36,176 nt of DNA from Craspedostauros australis. Taxonomy: Eukaryota. Positions 1 through 9,936 of this stretch are shown in pieces (positions within the stretch are counted from its first letter, which is position 1; every line of letters starts with the position of its first letter). Under the pieces are notes generated by a model. It worked only from the letters and a program-made list of their open reading frames with translations. It was not told the origin of the DNA and did no database searches. The stretch is taken from contig JALAGF010005501.1 in the NCBI GenBank assembly GCA_030167865.1, forward strand, positions 1-36,176. The letters run 5' to 3'. The position numbers were made by a program, and so were the translations under genes.

Positions 1-8
1 AACGAACG

Positions 9-185
9 GGAGTACTTTCGTCGAGTTTTGAGTACCTTCACCTACTCTGGAGTACTTTCGTCGAGTCTGGAGTACTTTCACCTATTCCTAATTACTTTCG
101 TCGAGTCTGGAGTACTTTCACCTAGTCCTAATTACTTTCGTCGAGTCTGGGGTACTTTCACCTACTCTCGAGTACTTTCACCTAT
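9..185. repeat. Tandem minisatellite, 20-bp period with a 40-bp higher-order (A/B alternating) unit
   Basis: A conserved AGTACTTTC-like core starts at 11, 31, 51, 71, 91, 111, 131, 151 and 171. It is followed alternately by GTCGAGTCTGG-type and ACCTA(C/T/G)TC..-type halves. Consensus 40-mer is approximately AGTACTTTCGTCGAGTCTGGAGTACTTTCACCTATTCCTA. Confidence 0.95.
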
Positions 186-460
186 TTTGTTTTTGAACCA
201 AGATTTGTCTTGATTTGAATTTACAGACGTTAATTAACGTTATAGGTACTGCATGCAAGTATTCGGTTTAGTCAAACAGGCAATCCGAACAGAACAATTG
301 GCAGAGAAGTCGTACCGACTCACGACTCAGCCTGATCGTGTTTCGTCGGTTTTCCCGTGTCTTGCTGTGCAGTTCTGTGGCGCCACAGATGATGTCCATC
401 AGCAACGACAGCGATACTGACCGGCAGATGACAAAGAGAGCACGGAACATTCCTTGATTG

Positions 461-1645
461 ATGTGGCAAGCAGCGTGGGTGTACGTGAGCACATTCCTTT
501 TCATAATTGGATGCACAACAATCACATCTACGACAACAATGGCATCAGCATTCACCACAAAGCCAAAGATCTTTGGAAAGGTCAAGAAGCCGAACACAAG
601 CAGCAGCAATGACGGGGATGAGGTGCTCTGTTGCACGCTCAAGAACGAGCTGGGCATGCAAGTGGACATCATGACGTTGGGTGCGACGATCACTGCGCTT
701 CGCGTGCCCGATCGTGACGGCAAGGTCGACGATGTCGTGTTGGGATTTGAGGCACCGCAACAGTACCTGGATGAGAGCCCTTACTTTGGTGCGATCGTTG
801 GCCGGTACGGCAATCGTATTGCCAATGGCAGATTCCAGATCGATGATGCAACCTACACGTTGGCAACGAACAACGGGAAGCACCATCTGCATGGTGGCGA
901 TGTGGGCTTTGACAAGCGGCTATGGCATGTGGCGAGCGATCTGCCCTGCAACGACAGCGTTGTGACGCTTCGGATCGTCAGTCCGGATGGGGAGGAAGGA
1001 TATCCCGGCACACTGACGGCCCAGGTGACCTACCGAGTGCTGCCGTCCGAGAACACTCTCACCGTGGAGTACGAAGCAACGACTGAAGGCAAACCTACCG
1101 TCGTCAATCTCACGCAGCATTCGTATTTCAATCTATCCGGTCACAGTGCCGGATCCGCGATGCATCACGTACTGCAAATCGCGGCGGATCGGTACACGGC
1201 TTGCGATGAGGGCCTGATTCCGACTGGTGAGCTTGCGAGCGTAGATGGGACGCCCATGGATTTTCGCAAGCCCACCGTCGTTGGTGCGCGCATCGACGAC
1301 GATTTTGAAGCTCTGCAGTTTGGGCAGGGATATGATCACAACTATGTGCTCAAAGAGGATGCCGTTGGCACGCAGAAACCCGCGGCTGTGCTCGTAGATC
1401 CTAAATCCGGCCGCGTGCTGACAGTGTGCACGGATGAACCGGGCATGCAGTTCTACACATCGAACTTTCTGGATGGGACGTTGACGGGGAAGAGCGGAGG
1501 CGTGTATGGACACCGCAACGCAATATGTTTGGAGACGCAGCACTTTCCAGATTCGCCGAATCAACCAGCGTTTCCTTCGACCCTTCTACAACCAGGCGAA
1601 GTCTACAAAACCAAGACGAGCTTCGCCTTCAGCCACACGGAATAA
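461..1645 (+). CDS. galM: Aldose 1-epimerase (galactose mutarotase) with putative bipartite plastid-targeting presequence
   Basis: Motifs YFGAIVGRYGNRI, HLHGG, DGEEGYPG, NLTQHSYFNL, GYDHNY and CLETQHFPDSPN are all present. First ATG is at 461 (the ORF track starts at TTG 458). The hydrophobic N-terminus ends in ASA-F. Intronless. Confidence 0.95.
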   Translation: MWQAAWVYVSTFLFIIGCTTITSTTTMASAFTTKPKIFGKVKKPNTSSSNDGDEVLCCTLKNELGMQVDIMTLGATITALRVPDRDGKVDDVVLGFEAPQQYLDESPYFGAIVGRYGNRIANGRFQIDDATYTLATNNGKHHLHGGDVGFDKRLWHVASDLPCNDSVVTLRIVSPDGEEGYPGTLTAQVTYRVLPSENTLTVEYEATTEGKPTVVNLTQHSYFNLSGHSAGSAMHHVLQIAADRYTACDEGLIPTGELASVDGTPMDFRKPTVVGARIDDDFEALQFGQGYDHNYVLKEDAVGTQKPAAVLVDPKSGRVLTVCTDEPGMQFYTSNFLDGTLTGKSGGVYGHRNAICLETQHFPDSPNQPAFPSTLLQPGEVYKTKTSFAFSHTE

Positions 1646-1892
1646 CGAAACGGCGATGGTGAACCCACTGGTATCGATCAATGAACTTGGTTGAGTGGAA
1701 GGTATGCACGTAGAGAATTATTAAACTGTATTTTGTTCTCCATGATTGCTTCTCTTTAACTTGGAGTAGAGAATGTAGCTTCGATCGTGCGCGTAGCATC
1801 TTGTGCTTCATCTCTTCGTTTGTCAATGTATTGTCTCCATTGCTCCGCTGGCCAGAGCAATGCCACAGCCGGCATCACTACTTTCAGTGTTG

Positions 1893-2972
1893 TCACCATC
1901 CCATCGTGTTCTTTTCGTAGAAGTGCTTTTGCTGCAGCTTTCGCTTGACGAGCTCCAATTCGGCGCGGCACTTTGCCAGTTCCTCCGCCTCTAACGATGG
2001 CTGCAGGATCTTTGTGCGTGGATGCTGAAGATTGTGCAATCCCTTGGCCTCGCAGCTCTCGCAGAGCGTACAGTTCGGACACATCTGACACTTGTAAATA
2101 TACCCCGACGGGTCCACTTCATTGCACTGAGTGCATTTCGTGCCCGTGTGCTTGAATCCGCTTCGGTTCATGACAATGGGGAGCGTGGAATGGTTTGGGT
2201 TCGGTTTTCCGATGCGATAGAAGAGGTGATCAAGGCAGTGGACAGGATTCACTCCGCCGCCCACGCCTGCCTCAAACTTCTCCTTGCGCTCCATGCACCC
2301 CTGGCACAGGTCGTAATTGGCGCACACGCTGCATCGGTATCGAACGCCCTTGATAGACTTGATTTTACAACAGTCACAGCTAATACCAACGTGGGTGAAG
2401 CTCGACGTGTAGTCTGCGTCCTTGCTTGGACTTCCGAAACCAAACACGGCCCTGGCGTTGTTGGCCGGAGCAGGTGCGGCGCTTTCACAAAACATGGACG
2501 TTTCTGCTTGCTGCGTTGTTGGTGCGCCAAATGTGAATGTTCCTGCTTGCTGCGTTTCTGGAACTCCAAATGATGAGAACGTGAAGGATCTCGAAAAGAC
2601 GGACGGCTGAGATGGACTGGAGCCAAAGGGGCATTGCCCCTGACCAGGCGGCTTGTTTGTGTTTGCATTTGTGTTTGCGCTTGCGTTGGACTGCGTTTGA
2701 GAGGGCGACTGGCCAAAGGGGCTCCCAAATGGTGACGTTGGTGTCTGCGTGGGAGCCACCCCCGTATTTGAAGCAAGAGCGGATGCAGGGGGTTGGCCTT
2801 TTGTCGCCGTGGGCGCAGGCGTTGCAGTTGCAAAAATGCTGGAAGATTGTGTTGCCGCAGGTGTTGTGTTGATACCTCCGGTCTCTGTTGTCTGCGAGAG
2901 ACGAGTACCACCCCATCCGATGGGTGGTTTCGGTGCGGCGCTGCCTCTGCTGGCTCCAAATGCGAAGCTCAT
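1893..2972 (-). CDS. FG-repeat-rich, tandem ZZ-type zinc finger protein with short C-terminal coiled coil (~359 aa)
   Basis: Two ZZ signatures: CDCC..IKGVRYRCSVCANYDLCQGC...H..DH and CTQC....GYIYKCQMCPNCTLCESC...H...H. The N-terminal S/T/P/Q-rich region has 8 FG dipeptides. Start placed at ATG 2972 (MSFAFG) by inference; the open frame extends to 3320. Confidence 0.8.
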   Translation of the reverse strand: MSFAFGASRGSAAPKPPIGWGGTRLSQTTETGGINTTPAATQSSSIFATATPAPTATKGQPPASALASNTGVAPTQTPTSPFGSPFGQSPSQTQSNASANTNANTNKPPGQGQCPFGSSPSQPSVFSRSFTFSSFGVPETQQAGTFTFGAPTTQQAETSMFCESAAPAPANNARAVFGFGSPSKDADYTSSFTHVGISCDCCKIKSIKGVRYRCSVCANYDLCQGCMERKEKFEAGVGGGVNPVHCLDHLFYRIGKPNPNHSTLPIVMNRSGFKHTGTKCTQCNEVDPSGYIYKCQMCPNCTLCESCEAKGLHNLQHPRTKILQPSLEAEELAKCRAELELVKRKLQQKHFYEKNTMGW

Positions 2973-3642
2973 CGTGCTGACCCCTTTGGATATTTCGGAC
3001 AGTCCTTGTTCAAAGTCTCTGTCTCCTTGCTCTCCTCGCCCTCCTTGCTCCTCGCTTGTGCTGGCACTGCTGCACGAACAGATGGTGTTGGTTGGAGATG
3101 GCAGGCCGTTCCTCTTGCGGTTCTTGTTGAGCATCGCGCGCACACGGCAGAAGGCAGAACAAGTAGAGCGATGTGCTCTGTTGTCGTCTCGCAACGGATT
3201 ATGTGCACACCAACACAAGTCACCTCGTCTGTTTGTGCTGGTTGTGTTGGTTGCAACTTTCTTTGCTGCATTTCCAATCATCAAATTCTCATTCTGAAAC
3301 GTGCGACAAGTTGACATCACGATTCAATGCAAAATTCGGGATCAGTTCCAAGTCATGGATAAATGAATCAGCAACGACTACTTCGACCTCATATAGAGTG
3401 TCCTTCCAACAATACCCCTGTACAACTCTTCTCGCATGACTCGCCAGCACTTGTGAGTTGGTAGACATTCAATACCGATCACCAAGAGCAGATCTGTCCC
3501 CATCACCACGCTTGCCAACATACCACAATAGAGTACATACGTACTCCAACATGAAAGATAGTCGCGTTGACCAACAAACAAACATTAATAATAGCGTTAT
3601 GAATTGACCTGAACTATTCTCTTCTTTTCTGCTGGGCCCACT

Positions 3643-6066
3643 TCATTCGTGATGACGCTTGGATCGTCGGCGAAAGAGGCCGGCGAATATCCTCTTGCTC
3701 CGCGGCACGGTACGTCCGGGCTGGCTGTCGCCGCCCCAGTCCAGCAATTTCGTTCTGTCATTGTCGAGGTTTGGTTCTGAGAATCGCTGTCGTTTTGGTT
3801 CTGGGATGCGCGGGGTGTCGTTGTTGACGCGCTTCGCGTCTTTCTTGCCTTGGAACCATTTGCGCGGCAGGGTGCTGGATCGGTCAGGTGCGCTTTTGCA
3901 GGAGACCTCGGAGACGTCAGACTTCACCGATTTCAGCGAAGGGCTGCGATGCGCGGAGGATAGTGACGACACGCGGCGCAGAAACTGTTTGACGGCCTGC
4001 CCCTTGACCTTCTTGGGTTCATCAGGGTTGATGCTGTCCTGACAGGACGTATCCATCAGTGACATCGCCCGCAAGGAATCTCGCGCGCTGTCGATGCCGC
4101 TGCGTTGAGGAGAGCTCTTGTCGCTCTTGTCGCAGCTCTTCGTCCTGGCCTGGTCCTCACCTGGGCTGGATTTCGTTGCCGTTGTTGCCGTTACTTCCAC
4201 GGTGGTTGCCGTTGTGGAAGCATTCGGGGGCGATACCAGGTGTCCGGAACATGCATGCAGTGGCGACAACGCGCACAGCGTCATGTGTTCCGCATTGCAA
4301 AGTGAAGAACTCACTGGCGGTGGTACATGTGCCGGATCATGAATGTGATCTTTCTCCTTTTTCGCGTCACCACCGTCTTCGTCTTCCTCGAGATTTTCTG
4401 GGATGGTGGGGAAGGTGCATGCCTCCATCATCGATCTGCGAGCATGTGTGGGAGCATGATCGCCGGTGAAGTGCATGCATTCTGGAGCATCATCAGTCCT
4501 GCTGGCTTCAACCTTGTCCTGGTTCGTGTCAGCTTGCAGATCTTCGTTGCTGACGTTGAGAGCCGCTGTTTCGAAACAGGTTGGAAACATGTGGCATTGA
4601 TCCTCGGAATCGGTCTTGTCCTCGGCCGCTGTATTCTGCGATGTCGCTTGCGGATTCTCAGCAAACTCGTACGTGATCATCTCCTCGTCGTCCATCAATG
4701 TGTCCGGCACCGCGGCGCAATAACACTCCTTCTCCATATTCCCCTCCGTTGTTCGAGGCATGTCATCGGAAGTGCAATTGAGATACTCTTCCATCTCCGT
4801 GACGAGCGTCCGGTCCTCCCCAAAGTCGATCAAACCCAATCCTTCGCGGTAGTCACCTTGGTCATCATCCTCGAGATCATCGGCGAGTGACGTGGAGGAC
4901 TGTGTGGATGGTGTCTGCGTCGGTGGGGTGCGTTTGAGATTGTGCTTCTGATCCGTACCCGTCATCCATCGGAACATAAATTCCAGACTGGCCATGCTGC
5001 TTTCGTCAGCATCTAGACTTTTTGAATATTGCTTTGCGATGGGCGAAGATTTGGTCGGTGTGCTGTAAATGGGCGTGTCCTTCTCGTGGCCTAATCTCGT
5101 TGCGCTATTCGCGCTGTTGGAAGTGTTGATGGCACTGACTGCGTTGTTGTGGTCAGTGTTGATACCACTGACTGCGTTGTTGGTGTGATCGATATCATCA
5201 ATATTCCTGCTGCTGTTTCTGTTGTTGAGTGTTTCGGCATCTTCGCTGACGATATTGTCATCAGCTTGTATCGGAGCATCCACTTTGTGGAACTCAATGA
5301 CTTCCTCTTCATTCCTTTGCGACGCATCCGCCACCGCCGTGGCCTTCTTCCCTGTGGGCGCTTTTGCCGAAGCCACACGATTGTACTTGGCAAGCAGGGC
5401 CATGGAATCGGGGAATTCAAAGATGGGCTTGTTCTCGACGTTGCGACGTTTGCGATGCTTATGCCGTTGCGGAAACCGATGTGATGACACGCCGGATTTG
5501 TGCGGCACGGACGAACGGATGAAGTAGGAATTCTTCATCTCCCTCCACGTTTGGTTGCTGACGCGCCTGTGGTACTGGTCGGGACAGTTCATGTCGATCG
5601 CAATCGGGGCATGGCGTTCCATGGTGATATCGCTGATCTCCGTGTGATCATCGGCAATGATGTCGCCCATCATCATGGTGTCCGTGCCATGATAGTAGAG
5701 GTCCTGGCTGTGCGCTCTGTGTCCCGCGTAGACGGTGTTGTAGCGAGAATGAACGGGCGGTGGATCATCTCTGCCGCACAGGCCGCCGGTTCCGTCGTCG
5801 CTGGTGAAGAGATTCATCGGAAGGCTGTTGCAGGAGAAGAAGGTCGCAGTGTCGCTCCACAGGGTAGACTCTGGGGATTGACGCGCCGGTCGTTGCGGTC
5901 CGTTGGTGGCTTGTTCCGATGTGCCGTTCGACTCCATGGCTTCTTGGAGCGAGCAAAAGAAGCGTCCAGGCAGGCTCCTCGACGATGCACCTTTCTCGAT
6001 GGGACCATCGGGATCCCACGCAACGAAGGTGGTGTCATCGTCTTCCTTTGGCTTGATGCGGATCAT
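3643..6066 (-). CDS. Hypothetical, largely disordered protein (807 aa)
   Basis: Long ATG-initiated ORF with D/E/S/T-rich composition and basic patches (RHKHRKRR, RRRSKR). No domain recognised. Confidence 0.75.
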   Translation of the reverse strand: MIRIKPKEDDDTTFVAWDPDGPIEKGASSRSLPGRFFCSLQEAMESNGTSEQATNGPQRPARQSPESTLWSDTATFFSCNSLPMNLFTSDDGTGGLCGRDDPPPVHSRYNTVYAGHRAHSQDLYYHGTDTMMMGDIIADDHTEISDITMERHAPIAIDMNCPDQYHRRVSNQTWREMKNSYFIRSSVPHKSGVSSHRFPQRHKHRKRRNVENKPIFEFPDSMALLAKYNRVASAKAPTGKKATAVADASQRNEEEVIEFHKVDAPIQADDNIVSEDAETLNNRNSSRNIDDIDHTNNAVSGINTDHNNAVSAINTSNSANSATRLGHEKDTPIYSTPTKSSPIAKQYSKSLDADESSMASLEFMFRWMTGTDQKHNLKRTPPTQTPSTQSSTSLADDLEDDDQGDYREGLGLIDFGEDRTLVTEMEEYLNCTSDDMPRTTEGNMEKECYCAAVPDTLMDDEEMITYEFAENPQATSQNTAAEDKTDSEDQCHMFPTCFETAALNVSNEDLQADTNQDKVEASRTDDAPECMHFTGDHAPTHARRSMMEACTFPTIPENLEEDEDGGDAKKEKDHIHDPAHVPPPVSSSLCNAEHMTLCALSPLHACSGHLVSPPNASTTATTVEVTATTATKSSPGEDQARTKSCDKSDKSSPQRSGIDSARDSLRAMSLMDTSCQDSINPDEPKKVKGQAVKQFLRRVSSLSSAHRSPSLKSVKSDVSEVSCKSAPDRSSTLPRKWFQGKKDAKRVNNDTPRIPEPKRQRFSEPNLDNDRTKLLDWGGDSQPGRTVPRSKRIFAGLFRRRSKRHHE
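5122..5182. repeat. 33-bp in-frame tandem duplication inside the 807-aa ORF
   Basis: AGTGTTGATggCACTGACTGCGTTGTTG at 5122 and AGTGTTGATacCACTGACTGCGTTGTTG at 5155. They encode NNAVSAINT and NNAVSGINT. Confidence 0.85.
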
Positions 6067-6531
6067 GGCGTTGGTCGGAAGTGCTGTGCGATGGCAGAGC
6101 TATTGGTGTGGTGTTCTATTATATGACTTTGCTGTTGGTCCAGTGATGAGTTGCGAACAACAATGCCCCCTCGTCTCTCCTTTTTTGTGTCTCTGTCTCT
6201 CTCTCCCTTTCTGTCCAGAGAGCAGAGTACTTGTGCGGTACTTGAGCACAACCAGTTCCGCAAGCGTTCGTTTGCTCGCAGACACGGTCCAACAAGGTCA
6301 GTGGCGTCTGCGATTGCTGTGGGCTTCGCCTGTTTCAGTTGCAGTTTGCAATCGGATGATCCTCGTTCGTTTTCGCGAAGTGAAGTCAAGTGAAGCAGGG
6401 TTCAATTCGTGTGGCTGCGCGAAGGCAACAAAGAACAAGCTGATGTGCGAAATGGTGACTGTAATCAGAGTATTGGTGGAGTGCGCTGCTCAATGGTGTT
6501 CTGCAACTATGGGAGACTTGCGGATTAGAGT

Positions 6532-6560
6532 TGTGTGGTGTGGTGTGGTGTGGTGTGGTG
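6532..6560. repeat. (TGTGG)n pentanucleotide microsatellite
   Basis: tgtgtggtgtggtgtggtgtggtgtggtg is directly visible. Confidence 0.9.
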
Positions 6561-7188
6561 CGTACGTGATGACAATGATGATGATGCTCACGCGTGTGGT
6601 TGTCCTGCATCTCTCTCTCTGTCGTTCAGGTTCGTTTCGTTCTCCCCTTGTTTCGAAAATGGGATTTGGTGGCTTGTGCAGATGATGTCGTCCGACGGTG
6701 CAAGTTCATCATGTGCTTGGGAATGTGAATGACTTCGTCGTGTGGGCGAAGTTTGAATGCGTCTCGTGCACAACATGTGAAGCATTGCAATGTGAGTCCT
6801 GTAGTTCTCTGTGGAAGACACAGTCTCTACTTTTTCCAAAGTCCTCAACGTAAACAAGGTGTCATCTGGATAACGGCGCCGTTACTTCAAATAAGTCATT
6901 CAAATTAGGTGCGCCGAAACCATGCGCGCACATGCCACAACAAATCCGATGGAACCAAGATCAAAACGAAGGGAGAAACAGGTCACGATTTCGCCAGTTC
7001 TTTCTTTGGTGGTCTCGTGACCCTTGTGTCTTCTGCCTCGGAGACATGTTTGTGGACGTCCGCGTGGATGGGAAAGGCATGATGGCAAATGCTTCCTCTT
7101 CTCTCCATCTCCATCCATCCCTCTCTCTCTCTCTCTTCAAGGTTGCTTCGGTTGCAGCTTCAAAGCAGATTCATTCAACCTGGTGAGG

Positions 7189-7223
7189 CTCTCTCTCTCT
7201 CTGTTGCAGAGAGAGAGAGAGAG
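7189..7223. repeat. (CT)7 / (AG)8 microsatellites forming a 15-bp perfect inverted repeat with 3-nt loop
   Basis: CTCTCTCTCTCTCTG-TTG-CAGAGAGAGAGAGAG. Confidence 0.9.
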
Positions 7224-7470
7224 ATGTCTGTGGACTGGAGAGTTCAAGGAGGCAACGGAGCAGAACATGAACAGCACCCACAATTAGAGCAAGATTGCGT
7301 TTCTGCCCGTCCAATGTTTGCGTCCTGCAGAACTGTTCTCAACGATCGGCCTCCATCATTCGACGCCAACCAATTGTGTTATATTGTTCAACGAGAACAC
7401 ACGTATGGATGGTAAAATTTATAACTATACTGCGTAGAATAGTTGATGTAGTGTGTAAATGTGACGCCTC

Positions 7471-9936
7471 TCATTCGCGGAAGGAATTGGGCATTGGAAT
7501 GCTGGGTCGAGGTCTCTCATCCCTGGTTGGATCTGGGCCGTCGTTGCTCCCATCATACCCATTGTTGTTGTTGTTGTTGTTGTTGTTGAGGAAGAAAGAT
7601 CGTTGGCGGTTCTGACGATCCTCATCGTCATCGTCGTCGTCGCTGTAAAAGTCATCCGTGCTCGACCGCCCGTTGGCGAAATCAGAAAAGAAGGCGTTTG
7701 GTTCCGCCGGCTTGTTGTTGGCGTCGTCGGACTGGTCGTTGCTTCTACCATTCACGTCTTTGGTAGAAGAAGACTTGCGTTGATTCACCTTGTTGCCTCG
7801 CTTTCGTTTACGATTGCTGGAACCGGTCTTGACGGTTTGGGCGGGCCTTCCCATCGTGCCGCTCCTTTGCACATTGTTGTTAGGGCTGGTGTTGCCGGTT
7901 TGGCTACGATCCGGTCCATCCACGACGGAAAGCGGTGGGCGTGGCCCCGCGTTGAACGCGTCATTCGGCCTATTGTTGTTGTTGTTGTTGTTCCTGGGTG
8001 GAACTGGCTTGCGTTGAAAGCTAGAGCTCTTCTCTCTTTGGGCGTTGACGCTGTTGCCCATCCCATTCGTGATGAGGAGGTTGGTTCCCTCCTTCTGGGG
8101 TGGCGCAGCGGGTTGGTTTCTGTTGCCGCTGGCTCTCTCCTGTTGGCGCTGCTGTCTCTGCTGCTCACGCTGTCTTCGTTCCATCTCACGCTGCTGACGA
8201 TCCTGTTCACGCCTCTGGCGCTCCTGCTCACGCATTTGGCGTTGCTGCTGCTGTCGTTGTTGTTGCTGCTCGCGCTGTTGACGTTGTTGTTCGCGTTGCA
8301 AGCGTTGCTGCTGCTTCTGTGCTGAGACAGCATTTGGTGGCTCAACTCCATTTGGTCGGCTATCCTGGTAATTCCTGTCATCCTGCTTGTTGCTGCCCAT
8401 GAAAACATTTCCGAACGAAAATGGAGGCTTGGACTCGTTGGCCTTTGCCTCATTGCTTCTTACCTTGGCATTGTCATAGTCGTTGAATTTTGATTCTGTC
8501 TTGACGGCCTCAGGAGCAGTACTCGTACGGAACGGCGACCTGAACCCACCAAAGTTCCCGGCTGACTCTTCTTTCTTCTTGTTCTTGGCTGGCTCCACAT
8601 CTTTGATTGCGCTCACAGCAGCCTCTTTCTTTGCGGCTTTCTTAAAGCTGAGCTTGGCAACGATGTCATCCAACTTGGCCTTGGATTCTGCTTGGAAATC
8701 TTCCACCTGCTTCAGAGTTGCATTCCATTCGCTCTCCACAGCATTGGCCAGCGAGTTCGACTTGTCCTTGATGCCATCCTTGATCTTGGTGGGCGTTGAA
8801 ATGATGGTAGCGGCAGTGGACGTGACTGTGTTGTCGACCTTCTTGTGAGTGGATTCGATCGTATTGTCAATCGAACTCTTTGTGGAAGTGACGACTTCTT
8901 CCGTGATATCCTTAGCTTCGTCCACAATGTCTTCCGCAAGCATGATGGCCTCATCCGCGATGCTGGAAGGGATCTTGCGCAAGGCTTCTCCCGTCTCCTT
9001 GAGAGCCTCCTTCGTTTCCTTCGCCTTCCGCTGCGCGACTTCCATCAGCCGCTGCTGCGTCTCCTCCGCCTTCCTCGTCGCGGTCTCTGTAACATAACGC
9101 GGGAAGTCGATGATATCGTCCTTCAAATTCTCCAGCGACTCCATCGTGGTTTCCTTGGCGTCATCCAAGGACTCGCGGATGACACGCTTCGCGATCTTGG
9201 GCGAATTGACGATCTCCTGCTGCGCGCGGAATGCGCTCATCTCCGCGTTGACGGCAATGTCATCCGCCACACCGCGCGATGTGGCCTTGAAGGATCCCGT
9301 GATGGCGATCGTGGTGTCGCCAAAGATGGACCGGGCGAGCTCGCCGAAGGCACCTCGTGGCGACGACAGGCCGTAGACCGTGAGACTCGTTACCGTCGTG
9401 AGGACGGGCACGAGAATGATGGGTTCGATGAACTGCAGATCGACTTCCAGCACGAACGCCGCGTACATGCCCACCGAAAAGCCGGTCAAGGCACCGCCGA
9501 ACGCTCCCGCATTGCGCCGACGTCTCTGACTCGGCGACAGGCGCTTGGAGAGACGAGACAGCTCCTCCTTGACCTGCTTGCGCACAACGCGCACGTTGTC
9601 GATATCCTTCTGCAGCAGCTTGGATTCCAGCTCGAATTCCTCCGCGGATTTGTATTCGTAATACTTCTTATTGCGCGCGGAGCCGTCATCCTCGCCTTCG
9701 TTCGGATTCAGCAAGGAGTTGATGCTGGCATCGATCTCATCGAGACTGCGGACTCGGTTCGGATCGTCATCGTCATTGCGCTTGCCGCGAGCTGCCAGCG
9801 CCGTTCTCGATTCTCGTTTGCCGCATTGCGATGTGGTCGTCGGAATTGCGGGCACCTTGCTCGAATGTGGTTGAAGGGCAGTTGCTGTCATGCAGACCAG
9901 CACCAGCAACGCACAGCGCAACCAAGGAGCTCTCAT
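7471..9936 (-). CDS. Hypothetical membrane-anchored protein (821 aa): signal/bipartite presequence, two hydrophobic segments, long amphipathic helical region, Q/R- and N-rich tail
   Basis: MRAPWLRCALLVLVCMTATA-LQP followed by an S/T/R-rich stretch. Hydrophobic segments AFGGALTGFSVGMYAAFVL and IILVPVLTTVTSLTVYGL. E/K/A/T-rich helical region, QQR repeats, and poly-N encoded by (AAC)n. Confidence 0.85.
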   Translation of the reverse strand: MRAPWLRCALLVLVCMTATALQPHSSKVPAIPTTTSQCGKRESRTALAARGKRNDDDDPNRVRSLDEIDASINSLLNPNEGEDDGSARNKKYYEYKSAEEFELESKLLQKDIDNVRVVRKQVKEELSRLSKRLSPSQRRRRNAGAFGGALTGFSVGMYAAFVLEVDLQFIEPIILVPVLTTVTSLTVYGLSSPRGAFGELARSIFGDTTIAITGSFKATSRGVADDIAVNAEMSAFRAQQEIVNSPKIAKRVIRESLDDAKETTMESLENLKDDIIDFPRYVTETATRKAEETQQRLMEVAQRKAKETKEALKETGEALRKIPSSIADEAIMLAEDIVDEAKDITEEVVTSTKSSIDNTIESTHKKVDNTVTSTAATIISTPTKIKDGIKDKSNSLANAVESEWNATLKQVEDFQAESKAKLDDIVAKLSFKKAAKKEAAVSAIKDVEPAKNKKKEESAGNFGGFRSPFRTSTAPEAVKTESKFNDYDNAKVRSNEAKANESKPPFSFGNVFMGSNKQDDRNYQDSRPNGVEPPNAVSAQKQQQRLQREQQRQQREQQQQRQQQQRQMREQERQRREQDRQQREMERRQREQQRQQRQQERASGNRNQPAAPPQKEGTNLLITNGMGNSVNAQREKSSSFQRKPVPPRNNNNNNNRPNDAFNAGPRPPLSVVDGPDRSQTGNTSPNNNVQRSGTMGRPAQTVKTGSSNRKRKRGNKVNQRKSSSTKDVNGRSNDQSDDANNKPAEPNAFFSDFANGRSSTDDFYSDDDDDDEDRQNRQRSFFLNNNNNNNNNGYDGSNDGPDPTRDERPRPSIPMPNSFRE

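Noticed and set aside
9..185. CRISPR-like repeat/spacer array
   Set aside because: The core is only ~9-10 bp and the spacers are two recurring types rather than unique. There are no cas genes and the context is eukaryotic. It is also not a TTAGGG-type telomere repeat.
2973..3320. N-terminal extension of the ZZ protein ORF (likewise 28425-28613, 31853-31954 and 35621-36058 for other genes)
   Set aside because: These read like open 5'UTR/promoter sequence. Downstream ATGs give coherent N-termini (FG region, signal peptides, type II anchor). Not proven without transcript data.
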